DNA from: Betaproteobacteria bacterium
GTDB taxonomy: Bacteria; Pseudomonadota; Gammaproteobacteria; Burkholderiales; Burkholderiaceae_C
DNA: 41,682 bases
Direction of reading: 5' to 3'
NCBI GenBank assembly: GCA_009927495.1
Contig: RFMX01000270.1
Span: 1-41,682, forward strand
Below are positions 19,564 through 31,111 of this stretch, one piece after another; within the stretch, counting starts at the first letter, position 1; every line of letters begins with the position of its first letter. The translations under genes were made by a program, and so were the position numbers. The notes under the pieces were generated by a model. That model made no database searches, was not told the DNA's origin, and saw only the letters and a program-made list of their open reading frames with translations.

Positions 19564-20838
19564 ATGATCAACGATAACCAAGCCCAATATGTGTGGACAG
19601 TCAGCGCTTTAAACAAAGCGATTGCTGATTCCTTGAAAGCACGCTTTAGCATGGTCTCGGTGCAAGGCGAGTTGTCTGGGTTTACCAAAGCCAGCAGCGG
19701 CCATTGTTATTTCAACCTCAAAGATGGCGGTGCACAAATTCGCTGCGCCTTATTTCGTCGCACTGCCGAGCAATTGAACTTTTCGCCCCGCGATGGACAA
19801 CTGGTGCAAGCCCAAGCCCGGGTCGCTGTTTACGAGCCAAGGGGCGAGATGCAGCTGGTGATTGAAGCGCTACGTCCGGCGGGTGCTGGGCAATTGCACG
19901 AAGCTTTTTTGCAACTCAAGGCCAAACTGGAGGCGCAAGGCCTCTTTGAGCAGGATCGCAAACGTGCTCTTCCTCTGTATCCCCGCTGTATTGGCGTGGT
20001 GACATCCTTGGCCGCCGCAGCTCTACACGATGTAGTGACAGCCCTTGCGCGGCGAGTTCCGCATATTCCTGTGATGGTTTCACCCTCACCTGTGCAAGGG
20101 GCGGATGCGCCAACGCAGCTGGTGCAGGCATTGCAAGCCCTGGCGGCCAGGCCCGAGGTAGAGGTGATCTTGCTGGTCAGGGGCGGTGGCTCCATGGAAG
20201 ATTTGTGGGCCTTCAACGATGAGCAGCTTGCCCATGCCATTGTGAACAGCCCTGTCCCTGTGATTTCGGGTGTGGGCCATGAAACAGACATCACCATCGC
20301 CGATTTGTGTGCGGATTTGCGAGCTCCCACGCCCACAGCCGCTGCCGAACTTTGTGCAATCCCCAGAGAAAGTTTGGTCGCAGTTTTAGCAGCCATACAA
20401 GCTTTTTTGGATGCCGAGTTGGCGCAAGGTATGGATAACCGAGCGCAAAGCCTAGACAGGTTGCAATCCGTGTTGGCCCGACCTTCCAGTTGGGCCAACA
20501 AACAGCAGCACAATTTGTCTCAGTGTTCTGCCCGATTAGGGCGAGCGGGGCAGCAAGTGCTGAATCGACAAATCATGGTTTTAGAGCCCCAAGCGCTAAG
20601 GCTAAAGCGTGCTGTGCAGGATATGCCCGCTCAAATGGGTCAACGATTGTCACGATCAGCTTTGTTGCTGGGCTCGCTGGACCCCGCCTTGGTATTGCAG
20701 CGAGGCTATGCTTGGCTGGAGAACGCGCAAGGCCAAGCCATTGCTTCAGTTCAAGAGGTGAAAGTGGGAGAAAAGCTTCATGCGCGTATGGCAGATGGCG
20801 TTGCCGATGTGCAGGTCTTAGGTACCCATTTAGCTTGA
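19564..20838 (+). CDS. xseA: Exodeoxyribonuclease VII large subunit
   Basis: SGHCYFNLKD, RGGGSMEDLWAFN, GVGHETD, RAPTPTAAAE and LQRGY motifs. Start moved to ATG 19564. Confidence 0.96.
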   Translation: MINDNQAQYVWTVSALNKAIADSLKARFSMVSVQGELSGFTKASSGHCYFNLKDGGAQIRCALFRRTAEQLNFSPRDGQLVQAQARVAVYEPRGEMQLVIEALRPAGAGQLHEAFLQLKAKLEAQGLFEQDRKRALPLYPRCIGVVTSLAAAALHDVVTALARRVPHIPVMVSPSPVQGADAPTQLVQALQALAARPEVEVILLVRGGGSMEDLWAFNDEQLAHAIVNSPVPVISGVGHETDITIADLCADLRAPTPTAAAELCAIPRESLVAVLAAIQAFLDAELAQGMDNRAQSLDRLQSVLARPSSWANKQQHNLSQCSARLGRAGQQVLNRQIMVLEPQALRLKRAVQDMPAQMGQRLSRSALLLGSLDPALVLQRGYAWLENAQGQAIASVQEVKVGEKLHARMADGVADVQVLGTHLA

Positions 20839-20849
20839 ATCGCCCAAGA

Positions 20850-21338
20850 CTACTTTGGGCCAAACAAGGCTGATTTGAGTTTGTAGCCTTTTCCGATTTT
20901 CTTTTTGGCAAACCAACCTTGGTTCATCTCCAACACAAAGCGCACGGGTTTGTCTGAGCAGTGCGAATCGGTGGTTTGGGGTTTCATATCGGCCGTATTG
21001 ACGATCACGCCCTCATCATCGACAAAAGCCGCTGTCAAGGGAAGCAAGGTGTTTTTCATCCAAAAACACTGCTTTTGAGGCTCTTCAAAGACAAACAGCA
21101 TTCCCTCATGCGCAGGCATCTCCTTGCGAAACATCAGGCCGATTTGCCTTTGCTGAGGGGTTTGGGCAATTTGGGCATCAATTTGAAACATTCCTGCCTG
21201 AATGACCATGCGCTGCAAATCGGTTTGCGGCTCTTGTGCCCAACCCAGCGTGGGTGTGGCCATGGCACAAAAGAGGAACACAGTGCGTTGCAACAAAGTT
21301 CGTAGGTTAGGCATGAGGAAAACAGTAAGCTGGTTCAT
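20850..21338 (-). CDS. DUF192 family exported protein
   Basis: GLMFR, GMLFVF, CFWMKNT and FVLEMNQG motifs, plus a signal peptide. Start may instead be 21314. Confidence 0.88.
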   Translation of the reverse strand: MNQLTVFLMPNLRTLLQRTVFLFCAMATPTLGWAQEPQTDLQRMVIQAGMFQIDAQIAQTPQQRQIGLMFRKEMPAHEGMLFVFEEPQKQCFWMKNTLLPLTAAFVDDEGVIVNTADMKPQTTDSHCSDKPVRFVLEMNQGWFAKKKIGKGYKLKSALFGPK

Positions 21339-21428
21339 AGGATGCTTGGTTAGAATGAATTGAAGTTTTACCCACCGACCTGCGGCATACCTCTGCCGCC
21401 TTGTTGTTCACTTTCTGGAGACATTCTC

Positions 21429-22682
21429 TTGTATCAGCATATCAAGGTGCCCGCCCAGGGCGAAAAAATTATCGTCAACAAAGACATGTCCTTGACTGTC
21501 CCCCTGCAGCCCATCATTCCTTATATCGAGGGTGACGGCACTGGACTTGATATCACACCGGTCATGCTCAAAGTGGTGGATGCCGCCGTTGCCAAAGCCT
21601 ATGGCGGCAAGCGACAAATTCACTGGATGGAGGTTTATGCCGGTGAAAAATCCACCCAAATTTATGGCCCCGATGTGTGGTTGCCCGAAGAAACTTTGGC
21701 TGTCTTGCGTGAATATGTGGTCTCCATCAAAGGCCCACTCACTACCCCCGTGGGTGGTGGCATCCGCTCATTGAACGTCGCCTTGCGCCAAGAACTCGAT
21801 TTGTATGTGTGTTTGCGCCCTGTGCAGTACTTCAAAGGCGTACCGTCTCCTTTGAAAGAGCCAGAAAAGACCCATATGGTCATCTTCCGTGAAAACTCAG
21901 AGGACATTTACGCCGGCATCGAATACGAAGCCGAGAGCGACAAAGCCAAAAAACTCATCAAGTTTTTGATTGACGAGATGGGCGTGACCAAAATCCGATT
22001 CCCCAACACGTCTGGTATCGGCATCAAGCCCGTTTCGCGTGAAGGCACTGAGCGCTTGGTGCGCAAAGCCATCCAATATGCCATCGACAACGACAAGCCC
22101 AATGTGACCATCGTTCACAAGGGCAACATCATGAAATACACCGAAGGTGGATTTCGTGACTGGGCTTATGGCTTGGCCCAAAAGGAATTCGGCGCCCAAC
22201 TGATCGATGGCGGTCCTTGGTGCAAATTCAACAACCCCAAAACAGGCAAAGAAATCATTGTCAAAGACAGCATTGCCGACGCCTTTTTGCAGCAAATTTT
22301 GCTGCGCCCAGCCGAATACAGCGTGATCGCCACCTTGAACCTGAACGGCGACTACATTTCCGACGCCTTGGCCGCGCAAGTGGGCGGCATTGGTATCGCG
22401 CCTGGTGCCAATTTGTCAGACTCTGTCGCCTGTTTTGAGGCGACCCATGGTACGGCGCCAAAATACGCTGGCAAAGACTATGTCAACCCAGGATCTGAAA
22501 TTTTGTCCGCAGAAATGATGCTGCGCCACATGGGATGGTTTGAAGCTGCTGACCTCATCATTTCATCCATGGAAAAGTCCATTCTCAGCAAGAAAGTCAC
22601 CTACGACTTTGCTCGCTTGATGGAAGGCGCAACCCAAGTGAGTTGTTCTGGTTTTGGTCAAGTCATGATCGAACACATGTGA
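21429..22682 (+). CDS. icd: NADP-dependent isocitrate dehydrogenase
   Basis: [40 protein letters not shown] and [12 protein letters not shown] motifs. TTG start (MYQHIKVP) with a GGAG RBS at 21417-21420. Confidence 0.97.
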   Translation: MYQHIKVPAQGEKIIVNKDMSLTVPLQPIIPYIEGDGTGLDITPVMLKVVDAAVAKAYGGKRQIHWMEVYAGEKSTQIYGPDVWLPEETLAVLREYVVSIKGPLTTPVGGGIRSLNVALRQELDLYVCLRPVQYFKGVPSPLKEPEKTHMVIFRENSEDIYAGIEYEAESDKAKKLIKFLIDEMGVTKIRFPNTSGIGIKPVSREGTERLVRKAIQYAIDNDKPNVTIVHKGNIMKYTEGGFRDWAYGLAQKEFGAQLIDGGPWCKFNNPKTGKEIIVKDSIADAFLQQILLRPAEYSVIATLNLNGDYISDALAAQVGGIGIAPGANLSDSVACFEATHGTAPKYAGKDYVNPGSEILSAEMMLRHMGWFEAADLIISSMEKSILSKKVTYDFARLMEGATQVSCSGFGQVMIEHM

Positions 22683-22720
22683 TTGGTTAGGTCAAGGACG
22701 AGCTTTATTGACCTTAGGTT

Positions 22721-23038
22721 TTATCGAGTCAGTGGGCTCTGACTGATCAAGTTGGCTCTGAACTGCGGAGTTCTCAGTCTTGAACTTCGAACATTGGCAT
22801 GTGGATCAACAACTTCTTCATTGATCGCTGGGGCGGCAATGACCTTGATGTTTTTTGCCATCCACCCGCGTGGGCCTTCAATCGGTTCGTACATCACACT
22901 GGCCCCTTGTTGGAGTGTTTTAAAGCCAACCATATCTACCTGGCTGAAATGTGCAAACACATCCTGTCCTATTTCTACGGACTCGATAAAACCAAATCCC
23001 TTGTGGTTGTTGAACCATTTCACAATGCCAAAAGCCAT
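22721..23038 (-). CDS. Cold-shock domain protein (CspD-like) with C-terminal extension
   Basis: GIVKWFN, RNP1 KGFGFI, RNP2 VFAHFS and GFKTL motifs. Divergent from clpS, as cspD is in E. coli. Confidence 0.9.
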   Translation of the reverse strand: MAFGIVKWFNNHKGFGFIESVEIGQDVFAHFSQVDMVGFKTLQQGASVMYEPIEGPRGWMAKNIKVIAAPAINEEVVDPHANVRSSRLRTPQFRANLISQSPLTR

Positions 23039-23201
23039 GGCCTACCCCTTTAGACAATAAAAATCGTAATTATTGAATGCTTAAAAATTAGAATGCAGTT
23101 TTCAATTTTTGTAAAGTAATTTTAAATAATTATTTACGTTTGATTTCTGGGCATTTGTCTAATTTTTTAAGCACGCTAAACCGCATCGATAGAATGTGAG
23201 C

Positions 23202-23549
23202 ATGTCAACCACCCCATCCAAGCCTGTCATTCCACCAGTAGACACTGGCGACTCTGATTCCGTTGTCCTAGAACGTCGCACGCAACGCACCCAACCCCCA
23301 CAGATGTACCAAGTGGTCATGCTCAACGACGACTTCACACCCATGGAGTTTGTTGTCAGGGTGTTGCAGGAGTTTTTTGGCAAAGACCGCGAAGCAGCCA
23401 CGCAAATCATGCTCAAGATCCATTTGGACGGAAAAGGCATATGCGGGGTCTACACCAAGGATGTCGCTGCCAGCAAGGTAGATCAAGTCCAAGATGCTGC
23501 CCATCAAGCCGGACATCCGCTACAAGCTTTGCTTGAGCCAGTTGAATAA
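23202..23549 (+). CDS. clpS: ClpAP adaptor ClpS
   Basis: [23 protein letters not shown] and HPL motifs. Confidence 0.97.
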   Translation: MSTTPSKPVIPPVDTGDSDSVVLERRTQRTQPPQMYQVVMLNDDFTPMEFVVRVLQEFFGKDREAATQIMLKIHLDGKGICGVYTKDVAASKVDQVQDAAHQAGHPLQALLEPVE

Positions 23550-23607
23550 TGTCCCATCGTTTCCATATACAGTTGAACCTACACAAATACTGCCACAAGG
23601 AATTCCC

Positions 23608-25935
23608 ATGATTGCCCAAGAACTTGAAGTCAGCTTACACATGGCCTTTGTAGAGGCCAGGCAACAACGGCACGAATTCATCACAGTGGAGCACCTGCTG
23701 TTGGCCTTGCTGGACAACCCAAGTGCCGCAGAAGTACTCAGAGCATGCTCAGCCAACATCGATGACTTGCGCAAATCGCTTTCCAATTTCATCAAAGACA
23801 ACACGCCCCAAGTGGCTGGCACCGATGAGGTGGATACCCAACCCACGCTGGGCTTTCAGCGTGTGATTCAACGTGCCATCATGCATGTGCAGTCCACTGG
23901 TAACGGTAAAAAAGAAGTCACTGGCGCCAATGTGTTGGTTGCCATCTTTGGTGAAAAAGACTCCCACGCGGTGTATTACCTCCATCAGCAAGGTGTCACG
24001 CGCTTGGATGTGGTTAACTTCATTGCCCACGGTATCAAGAAAAACGACCCCCAAGAACCCAGCAAAGGTGCGGAATCATCACCTACTGAAAACGAGGAAT
24101 CGCCAGAGAAATCAGAAAAAGCCTCACCTTTGGAGCAATTCACCCAAAACCTGAACCAATTGGCCAAGGACGGGAAAATTGATCCCTTGATTGGTCGCGA
24201 GTACGAGGTTGAACGGGTGATTCAAATTCTTTGCCGTCGTCGCAAAAACAACCCCTTATTGGTTGGCGAGGCAGGCGTTGGAAAGACAGCGATTGCCGAA
24301 GGCTTGGCATGGCGCATCACCCAAAAAGACGTGCCTGAAATTTTGGCTGACTCTCAGGTTTATTCTTTGGATATGGGCGCTTTGCTTGCCGGTACCAAAT
24401 ACCGAGGTGACTTCGAGCAACGCCTCAAAGGCGTTTTGAAGTCATTGAAGGATAAGCCCAATGCGGTGTTGTTCATTGATGAAATCCACACCTTGATCGG
24501 TGCTGGTGCAGCTTCAGGCGGCACTTTGGACGCCTCCAATTTACTCAAACCGGCCCTGAGCTCTGGCCAGTTGAAGTGCATTGGTGCCACCACTTTCACA
24601 GAGTACCGCGGTATCTTCGAGAAAGACGCTGCACTGTCACGCCGCTTCCAAAAAGTCGATGTGGTCGAGCCCACTGTTGAGCAAACTGTGGATATTCTCA
24701 AAGGCTTGAAGTCCCGCTTCGAAGAGCACCATAGCGTCAAGTACGCGGTTGCTGCACTCCAAGCCGCTGCAGAGCTGAGTGCCAAATACATCAATGACCG
24801 CCATTTGCCTGACAAAGCTATCGATGTGATCGACGAGGCTGGCGCTGCTCAACGCATCCTGCCTGTTTCAAAGCGCAAGAAAACCATCAGCAAGGCGGAA
24901 ATTGAAGACATCGTCGCCAAAATTGCGCGTATCCCGCCAGCCAGTGTGTCCAACGACGACCGCGGCAAACTGCAAACCCTAGAGCGCGATTTGAAAAGCG
25001 TGGTCTTTGGCCAAGACAAAGCTTTGGAGGTGTTGGCCTCAGCCGTCAAGATGGCTCGCTCTGGCTTAGGCAAAGCCGATAAGCCCATTGGCTCTTTCTT
25101 GTTCAGCGGCCCCACCGGCGTTGGCAAGACCGAAGCCGCCAAGCAACTGGCGTACATCTTGGGCATCGAGTTAATTCGCTTTGATATGTCTGAGTACATG
25201 GAGCGCCATGCGGTGAGTCGCTTGATTGGCGCACCTCCTGGCTATGTGGGTTTTGACCAAGGCGGTTTGCTGACCGAAGCCGTCACCAAGAAGCCCCATT
25301 CTGTGTTGTTGCTGGATGAAATTGAAAAAGCCCATCCTGACATCTTCAATGTGCTGCTACAGGTCATGGACCATGGCACCTTGACCGATAACAATGGCCG
25401 CAAAGCCGACTTCCGTAATGTCATCATCATCATGACGACCAATGCGGGTGCCGAGACGATGAACAAATCGACCATTGGCTTTACCAATGCACGTGAAGCT
25501 GGTGACGAATTGGCCGACATCAAGCGCTTGTTCACACCCGAGTTTCGCAACCGTTTGGATGCCACCGTCAGCTTCAAAGCGCTGGATGAAATCGTCATCA
25601 TGCGTGTGGTCGACAAATTTTTGCTGCAGCTTGAAACCCAGTTGGCAGAGAAAAAGGTTGATGTCACCTTCACCGATGTGTTGCGCAAATTCTTGGCGAA
25701 GAAAGGTTTCGATCCCCTCATGGGTGCACGCCCCATGCAGCGCTTGATCCAAGACATGATTCGCCGTGCTTTGGCTGACGAGTTGTTGTTCGGTCGTCTC
25801 ACAGAAGGCGGTCGTTTGACCGTGGATATCGACGACAAGGAAGAGGTGTTGCTCGATATCCAACCTTTGCCAAAAAAAGAATCCAGAGCATCCAAGTCAG
25901 AGCCTGCTGAACCCGAAGAAGCTGAGGCTGGCTGA
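23608..25935 (+). CDS. clpA: ATP-dependent Clp protease ATP-binding subunit ClpA
   Basis: MIAQELEV start with AAGGA RBS; two AAA+ modules ([17 protein letters not shown]), IGF loop, GARPM. Confidence 0.98.
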   Translation: MIAQELEVSLHMAFVEARQQRHEFITVEHLLLALLDNPSAAEVLRACSANIDDLRKSLSNFIKDNTPQVAGTDEVDTQPTLGFQRVIQRAIMHVQSTGNGKKEVTGANVLVAIFGEKDSHAVYYLHQQGVTRLDVVNFIAHGIKKNDPQEPSKGAESSPTENEESPEKSEKASPLEQFTQNLNQLAKDGKIDPLIGREYEVERVIQILCRRRKNNPLLVGEAGVGKTAIAEGLAWRITQKDVPEILADSQVYSLDMGALLAGTKYRGDFEQRLKGVLKSLKDKPNAVLFIDEIHTLIGAGAASGGTLDASNLLKPALSSGQLKCIGATTFTEYRGIFEKDAALSRRFQKVDVVEPTVEQTVDILKGLKSRFEEHHSVKYAVAALQAAAELSAKYINDRHLPDKAIDVIDEAGAAQRILPVSKRKKTISKAEIEDIVAKIARIPPASVSNDDRGKLQTLERDLKSVVFGQDKALEVLASAVKMARSGLGKADKPIGSFLFSGPTGVGKTEAAKQLAYILGIELIRFDMSEYMERHAVSRLIGAPPGYVGFDQGGLLTEAVTKKPHSVLLLDEIEKAHPDIFNVLLQVMDHGTLTDNNGRKADFRNVIIIMTTNAGAETMNKSTIGFTNAREAGDELADIKRLFTPEFRNRLDATVSFKALDEIVIMRVVDKFLLQLETQLAEKKVDVTFTDVLRKFLAKKGFDPLMGARPMQRLIQDMIRRALADELLFGRLTEGGRLTVDIDDKEEVLLDIQPLPKKESRASKSEPAEPEEAEAG

Positions 25936-25937
25936 TC

Positions 25938-26657
25938 GTGGCAGGACACAGCAAATGGGCCAATATTCAGCACCGCAAAGGCCGCCAAGATGAAAAGCGC
26001 GGCAAAGTTTGGACCCGTGTCATCCGCGAAATCATGGTGGCTGCACGAACAGGCGGCGCTGACCTGAGTGCCAATCCGCGTTTGCGCTTGGCCATCGAAA
26101 AGGCAAAAGCTGTCAACCTCCCAGCTGACACCGTCAAGCGCAATATTGACAAGGCCACAGGTAACCTTGAAGGCGTGAATTACGAAGAAATTCGCTATGA
26201 AGGTTATGGCGTAGGTGGCGTTGCCGTGATGGTAGACACCATGACCGACAACAAAGTTCGCACAGTTGCAGAGGTGCGTCATGCCTTGAGCAAACACGGT
26301 GGTAATTTAGGCACAGAGGGCTCTGTGGCCTTTCAATTCAAGCACTGTGGGCAACTCCTTTTGGCACCTGGCACCTCTGAAGACGCAGTCCTGGAAACCG
26401 CCTTGGATGCCGGTGCAGACGATGTCTTGGTTGACGAAGATGGGACTGTTGAAGTTCTAACTTCTCCCACTGTGTTTGAGGCTGTCAAAGCAGCACTTGA
26501 CGGTGCCGGTCTTTCGGCGGGCATGGCTGAAGTGACCTATCGCCCAGAAGTGACCATTGAACTCAGCGATAACGACAGACTGAAAATGCAAAAAATCATT
26601 GATGCCCTTGAAGAACTCGATGATGTTCAAGAGGTTTTTCATAACGCCGCCCTATGA
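25938..26657 (+). CDS. yebC: YebC/PmpR family protein
   Basis: [27 protein letters not shown] and LDDVQ motifs. GTG start. Confidence 0.96.
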   Translation: MAGHSKWANIQHRKGRQDEKRGKVWTRVIREIMVAARTGGADLSANPRLRLAIEKAKAVNLPADTVKRNIDKATGNLEGVNYEEIRYEGYGVGGVAVMVDTMTDNKVRTVAEVRHALSKHGGNLGTEGSVAFQFKHCGQLLLAPGTSEDAVLETALDAGADDVLVDEDGTVEVLTSPTVFEAVKAALDGAGLSAGMAEVTYRPEVTIELSDNDRLKMQKIIDALEELDDVQEVFHNAAL

Positions 26658-27940
26658 AAATATTGATGGTCGGTGGAGGTGGTCGAGAACATGCACTGGC
26701 CTGGAAGCTCAATCTTTCGCCTCAGGTTCAACGCATTTACCTGGCCCCTGGCAACGGTGGCACAGCCAAGCAAAAAGACTTTGACAACATAGCGCTCACA
26801 GACAAAATGGCGCTGCGTGAATGGGCGCAAGCTAACCACATTGATTTGACGGTGGTTGGTCCCGAGGCCCCATTGGCCGCAGGCATAGTGGATGAATTCC
26901 GTCACCACGGACTGCGTATTTTTGGTCCCACACAAGCGGCCGCGCAGCTGGAAAGTTCCAAAGCATTTTCTAAAGCCTTCATGCTCAGGCACGGGATTCC
27001 CACCGCTGAATACCAAGTGTTTGAAGATGCTGCCAAAGCCCATGCTTATTTGAACACCAAGGGTGCGCCCATTGTGGTGAAAGCCGATGGCTTGGCGGCC
27101 GGCAAGGGCGTGGTGGTGGCCATGAATGCTCAAGAGGCTCATGCGGCGATTGACCATATGCTTGCCGATGATGCGGGTGTCCAACACAACCAAGGCGTAG
27201 CAAGGGTGGTGATTGAAGAGTTTTTGGAAGGTGAAGAGGCCAGTTTCATGGTGGTGGCTCACGGCTTGACCGCATTGCCCTTGGCCACTTCTCAGGACCA
27301 TAAGCGTTTGTTGGATGCTGACCTGGGGCCCAACACCGGTGGCATGGGCGCTTATTCGCCAGCACCGGTGGTCACACCAGAAATACATGCCAAAGTCATG
27401 CGGGAAGTCATTCAGCCCACCCTCAAAGGGATGCAGCAAGATGGTATTCCCTACTCAGGCTTTTTGTATGCCGGTTTGATGATTGGTCGAGAGGGCAAGC
27501 TCAAAGTGCTTGAATTCAACTGCCGAATGGGCGACCCTGAAACACAGCCCATCATGATGCGATTGAAAAGCGATTTGCTTGAATTGCTTTGGGCTGCCAC
27601 CGATGCAGACACTGAAGCATTGGCAAAACTTGAATTGCAATGGGACAGGCGTTGTGCGCTCGGTGTGGTGATGGCTGCCGCTAACTACCCATCAACCCCC
27701 GAACTTGGACAGGAAATCCATGGGCTTGCCGCCGATACGGATGAGGCCATGGTGTTTCATGCTGGTACGGTACTCAAAGACGGCAAAGTGTTCACAAGCG
27801 GTGGACGGGTACTGTGTGTGACGGTTCTTGGCGACACGGTCAAGCAAGCCCAGGCCCATGCCTATGCTTTGGCGGACAAGCTGCACTTCAAAGGAATGCA
27901 AATGCGAAGAGACATTGGGTTTCGCGCTATTCGCCGGTAA
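26654..27940 (+). CDS. purD: Phosphoribosylamine-glycine ligase
   Basis: [39 protein letters not shown] and [10 protein letters not shown] motifs. Confidence 0.98.
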   Translation: MKILMVGGGGREHALAWKLNLSPQVQRIYLAPGNGGTAKQKDFDNIALTDKMALREWAQANHIDLTVVGPEAPLAAGIVDEFRHHGLRIFGPTQAAAQLESSKAFSKAFMLRHGIPTAEYQVFEDAAKAHAYLNTKGAPIVVKADGLAAGKGVVVAMNAQEAHAAIDHMLADDAGVQHNQGVARVVIEEFLEGEEASFMVVAHGLTALPLATSQDHKRLLDADLGPNTGGMGAYSPAPVVTPEIHAKVMREVIQPTLKGMQQDGIPYSGFLYAGLMIGREGKLKVLEFNCRMGDPETQPIMMRLKSDLLELLWAATDADTEALAKLELQWDRRCALGVVMAAANYPSTPELGQEIHGLAADTDEAMVFHAGTVLKDGKVFTSGGRVLCVTVLGDTVKQAQAHAYALADKLHFKGMQMRRDIGFRAIRR

Positions 27941-27972
27941 ATTCCAACCCTTCTTTCCAAGGCATCATTTCT

Positions 27973-28896
27973 ATGAACCCTGCTTTTGAACCTGTCAGAG
28001 ACTTCTTGCTTGGACTCCAGCAACGTATCACCTCGGGTTTAAGTGAGATTGACGGTCATGGTTTTATCAGCGATCCGTGGGAAAAACCACCAGGCGAAAT
28101 CCTTCAAGGCAATGGCATCACCCAAATTTTAGAAAACGGCAATGTGTTTGAACGTGCCGGTTGTGGTTTTTCGCATGTGCGGGGGCCCAAATTACCCCCA
28201 TCGGCGACGCAACATCGTCCAGAGCTGGCAGGCTCTTCCTTTGAAGCCATGGGCGTGTCCTTGGTTTTTCATCCACGCAACCCCTATGTGCCCACGGTGC
28301 ATTTGAATGTTCGGGCTTTGTTGGCCCAACCCGCATCTGGTGAAGCCGTGGCGTGGTTTGGCGGCGGCATGGATTTGACGCCCTATTACGGTTTTGATGA
28401 AGACGCACGACACTTTCATACCGAATGCAAAAAATCTCTCGATGGATTTGATTCTTCCTATTACCCGCGATTTAAAAAATGGTGCGATGAGTATTTTTTC
28501 CTCAAACACCGAAATGAGCCTCGCGGCGTGGGCGGTATCTTTTTTGATGATTTTTCAGAGCTTGGCTTTGAGAAGAGCTTTGCCATGATGCAAAGTGTGG
28601 GGAATGCTTTCAACCAAGCCTATTTCCCGATTGTCACTAAACGCATGGACACACCCTACGGTGAACGTGAACGCAAGCATCAACTTTACAGACGTGGTCG
28701 CTATGTGGAGTTCAATTTGGTATGGGACAGGGGCACCCACTTCGGTCTGCAATCGGGGGGGCGTACGGAGTCGATTCTGATGTCTTTGCCACCCATGGTG
28801 AGTTGGTCTTATCAGCAAACACCTGAAGCTGGTTCGGCAGAAGAAAAACTCTATTCCCATTTCTTGGTACCTCAAGACTGGGCGCAAGGCGCTTGA
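27973..28896 (+). CDS. hemF: Oxygen-dependent coproporphyrinogen III oxidase
   Basis: [30 protein letters not shown] and [10 protein letters not shown] motifs. Start at ATG 27973. Confidence 0.97.
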   Translation: MNPAFEPVRDFLLGLQQRITSGLSEIDGHGFISDPWEKPPGEILQGNGITQILENGNVFERAGCGFSHVRGPKLPPSATQHRPELAGSSFEAMGVSLVFHPRNPYVPTVHLNVRALLAQPASGEAVAWFGGGMDLTPYYGFDEDARHFHTECKKSLDGFDSSYYPRFKKWCDEYFFLKHRNEPRGVGGIFFDDFSELGFEKSFAMMQSVGNAFNQAYFPIVTKRMDTPYGERERKHQLYRRGRYVEFNLVWDRGTHFGLQSGGRTESILMSLPPMVSWSYQQTPEAGSAEEKLYSHFLVPQDWAQGA

Positions 28897-29516
28897 GCCA
28901 AGTTCTGCGCATCGGTATGTTTGGGGGGGCATTTGACCCACCGCACAGGGCGCACCAAGCCTTGGCCCAAGCCCTTATTCAGCAGCAACACCTCGACCTT
29001 TTGTACATTGTTCCTACCGGACAGGCTTGGCATAAATCGCGTGTTTTGTCAGACGCCAGTCACCGCTTGGCCATGGCTCGCTTGGCTTTTCAAAACATGC
29101 CGCAAGTGGTGGTGGATGACTTGGAAACGCAACGGGTGGGGCCGAGCTATACCGTCGACACCCTGGACGCGTTACAACTTCGCCATCCCAATGTGGATTT
29201 TTGTGTTCTTGTGGGTGCTGACCAAGCAGCCAGCTTTACCCAATGGCACCAATGGCAACGCATATTAGAGATGGCCCAGTTGGTGGTGGTTCAACGCCCC
29301 GACACCAGTGCAGATAAGGCTTACCCGCACGAGTGGCACAATCTCCCCTCGGAACGGGTTACGCGAATGCATATGCCTTTGATGGACATCAGCTCTTCCG
29401 CCTTGCGGGCCAGTTATGCCTCAGGTCACCCCAATCCTGAGCTTGTCAGTCCCCTCGTTACCCATTACATCCAACAAAACCAACTCTATTTGGAACCCTA
29501 TGACAGAAGCCGCTGA
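28893..29516 (+). CDS. nadD: Nicotinate-nucleotide adenylyltransferase
   Basis: [22 protein letters not shown] and ISSS motifs; usual position before rsfS. Confidence 0.94.
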   Translation: MSQVLRIGMFGGAFDPPHRAHQALAQALIQQQHLDLLYIVPTGQAWHKSRVLSDASHRLAMARLAFQNMPQVVVDDLETQRVGPSYTVDTLDALQLRHPNVDFCVLVGADQAASFTQWHQWQRILEMAQLVVVQRPDTSADKAYPHEWHNLPSERVTRMHMPLMDISSSALRASYASGHPNPELVSPLVTHYIQQNQLYLEPYDRSR

Positions 29517-30045
29517 AAAAAAAGACGTTCAAAAACTGCAAAGAAGCATTGTCGATAGCCTTGAGGATGTCAAAGCGCAAGACATCGTGGTGTTCAACAC
29601 AGAGCATTTGTCTTCATTGTTTGAGCGTGTCGTTATCGCCAGTGGCACTTCCAACCGACAAACCAAAGCCTTGGCTGCCAGTGTGCGTGATGGGGTCAGA
29701 GATGCCGGTTTTGCCAAGCCTCGCATGGAAGGTGAAGACAACGGTGAGTGGATCATCGTTGACTGCGGCTCTGTGGTGGTCCACATCATGCAGCCTGCCA
29801 TTCGCACCTACTACCACTTGGAAGAGATTTGGGGCGAAAAACCTGTGCGCATCAAACTTGGTGCGCCTAAGCCCGTGATTGAAAAACCGCCTGCGGCTGT
29901 GAAAACAGTGAGCGCCAAGCCTGGGGCCAAAAAGACCGCCACCAAAAACCCTGCTGTTAAAAAGACACCTTCGGTCAAAAAGACACCTTCTGCGACCAAG
30001 GCACCTGCGGTTAAAAAGCGTCCGACAGCACCTCGCAAAAAATGA
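29500..30045 (+). CDS. rsfS: Ribosome silencing factor with a Lys/Ala/Pro-rich C-terminal tail
   Basis: LEDVKAQDI, IASGTSNRQ, EWIIVDCG and YHLEEIW motifs. Start at ATG 29500. Confidence 0.95.
   Translation: MTEAAEKKDVQKLQRSIVDSLEDVKAQDIVVFNTEHLSSLFERVVIASGTSNRQTKALAASVRDGVRDAGFAKPRMEGEDNGEWIIVDCGSVVVHIMQPAIRTYYHLEEIWGEKPVRIKLGAPKPVIEKPPAAVKTVSAKPGAKKTATKNPAVKKTPSVKKTPSATKAPAVKKRPTAPRKK
29956..29991 (+). repeat. 18-bp tandem repeat (2 copies) encoding VKKTPS in the RsfS tail
   Basis: GTTAAAAAGACACCTTCG followed by GTCAAAAAGACACCTTCT. Confidence 0.85.
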
Positions 30046-30509
30046 AGCTGTGGGTGGTCGCTGTAGGCATCAGAATTCCTGACTGGGCACAAACCGCCTG
30101 GGATGACTACCTCAAGAGACTCCCCCCCGAAGCGGGTGTAGGCCTTAAAACAGTCAAAGCCGAACCCAGAGCCTCTCGCACCACAGCCCAAATTTGGGCC
30201 GCCGAGAAAAAGCGCATCGATGAGGTTTTGCCGCGTGATTGTCACAAGATTTGGCTGGATGAACATGGGCAACGCACCACCACCATGGACCTTTCTCAGC
30301 GCTGGACCGGTTGGCAAGCCCAAGGCCAAGATGTGGCTTTCATCATTGGCGGGGCAGATGGCTTCGATCCTGCGATTCGCAAAGACGGCAGCACCTTGCT
30401 GCGCTTGTCTGACATGACCTTGCCCCATGCCATGGTCCGAGTGGTATTGATTGAACAGCTCTACCGCTGCTGGTCCATCATGACCAACCATCCCTATCAC
30501 CGCGAATGA
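30042..30509 (+). CDS. rlmH: 23S rRNA pseudouridine-1915 N3-methyltransferase
   Basis: LDEHG, FIIGGADG, LSDMTLPH, EQLYR and HPYHRE motifs. Confidence 0.97.
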   Translation: MKLWVVAVGIRIPDWAQTAWDDYLKRLPPEAGVGLKTVKAEPRASRTTAQIWAAEKKRIDEVLPRDCHKIWLDEHGQRTTTMDLSQRWTGWQAQGQDVAFIIGGADGFDPAIRKDGSTLLRLSDMTLPHAMVRVVLIEQLYRCWSIMTNHPYHRE

Positions 30510-31111
30510 GTGCTTTACCTTTTGTTTATTTGGCCTCGCAAAGTCCCAGGCGACAAGCCTTGCTTGATCAAATTGGCGTTGCTTACAAAGTGCTTCTGCC
30601 AACAGACGCTGAGGCGGCAGAGGCCTTGGAAGCGGTCTTACCCCAAGAGTCAGCGCTGCGTTATGTCAAACGCGTCACCCGATTGAAAGTGCTATCTGCC
30701 CTAGAGCAGATACAACTGCAGTCCTTGGTGGCTGCGCCGGTATTGTGTGCAGACACCACCGTGGTGGTGGAGGGGCATATATTGGGTAAACCTGCGAATG
30801 AAAGCGAAGCCGCACAGATGCTAAGCCTGTTGTCAGGCAAAACCCACCAAGTATTGACAGCTGTCGCTATCGGTCACAATCAAGACATACACCTTGCTTT
30901 GAGCCGTTCTCGCGTTAAATTTGCACCTATGACAGCAGCAGATATTCAGGACTATGTCGCCAGCCAAGAACCCATGGGCAAAGCCGGTGCCTATGCGATT
31001 CAAGGTCGTGCCAGTGCATTTATTTCTCATGTATCGGGCAGTTACTCAGGCATCATGGGTTTGCCTTTGTATGAAACCAGCCAATTACTCAAACAGATCG
31101 GGGCTGTCTGA
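30506..31111 (+). CDS. maf: Maf family nucleoside triphosphate pyrophosphatase
   Basis: LASQSPRR, ADTTV, LGKP, KAGAYAIQG and IMGLP motifs. Confidence 0.96.
   Translation: MSALPFVYLASQSPRRQALLDQIGVAYKVLLPTDAEAAEALEAVLPQESALRYVKRVTRLKVLSALEQIQLQSLVAAPVLCADTTVVVEGHILGKPANESEAAQMLSLLSGKTHQVLTAVAIGHNQDIHLALSRSRVKFAPMTAADIQDYVASQEPMGKAGAYAIQGRASAFISHVSGSYSGIMGLPLYETSQLLKQIGAV

Noticed and set aside
25242-26297. 351-aa minus-strand ORF
   Set aside because: Antisense to clpA and yebC; explained by codon bias of the real genes.
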